Origin: Candidatus Saccharimonadota bacterium
Lineage (GTDB): Bacteria; Bacillota_I; Bacilli_A; Mycoplasmatales; Hepatoplasmataceae
DNA length: 32,000 nt
NCBI GenBank assembly: GCA_027925325.1
Contig: AP027133.1
Coordinates: 540,001 to 572,000, forward strand
Reading direction: 5' to 3'
The notes under the pieces are model-generated. The model was not told the origin of the DNA. It searched no databases and saw nothing but the letters and a program-made list of their open reading frames with translations. Both the position numbers and the translations under genes were made by a program. This document shows positions 31,862 to 32,000 of the stretch, piece after piece (the stretch's first letter is position 1; every line of letters starts with the position of its first letter).

Positions 31862-32000
31862 TAGAATTTTTAAATCTTATTAACTTACTTTTTAAGTTAT
31901 ATTTATTGTAATATAAAATTCAAAAATTTTTAATTATTTTAAAAAATAATTATAAATTTGATTTTTTTGTTTTGTTTGTTTTTTATAAGAGATAAAATTT

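Overview
This is a very AT-rich, Mollicutes-type chromosome segment that only makes sense under genetic code 4 (TGA=Trp). Almost every long gene is cut into pieces in the supplied standard-code ORF track. The pieces rejoin in a single frame with no TAA/TAG when TGA is read as Trp; I checked the junctions codon by codon.

Layout:
- 1-5370: an accessory-looking cluster. It holds a coiled-coil protein 3' end, two tandem mini-HNH paralogues, a secreted seven-bladed RCC1-like propeller, a 117-aa unknown, a third intact mini-HNH on the opposite strand, and a KAP-family P-loop NTPase.
- 5395-6495: ychF.
- 6646-13650: a minus-strand operon of unknown function. It encodes X (209 aa), Y2 (750 aa, a Y core fused to a second X domain), Y1 (619 aa) and a 745-aa signal-peptide/C-terminal-TM surface protein. 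It was produced by a tandem ~2.26-kb duplication. This is my best candidate for an undescribed system.
- 13771-14896: a VOC/PhnB-like protein and a small membrane protein.
- 15021-16197: 14 tightly packed tRNA genes on the minus strand.
- 16451-32000: core genes. These are a small His/Asn-rich ORF with a terminator, ktrA, ktrB/trkH, ligA, a 534-aa polytopic membrane protein, Fe/Mn superoxide dismutase, phosphohexomutase, rsmG, and a BMP-type (nucleoside-like) ABC transporter with binding protein, two permeases and a duplicated ATPase carrying a coiled-coil insertion.

No rRNA, CRISPR array, transposase or integrase was seen. All functional calls rest on motifs read from my own translation; no database search was possible.
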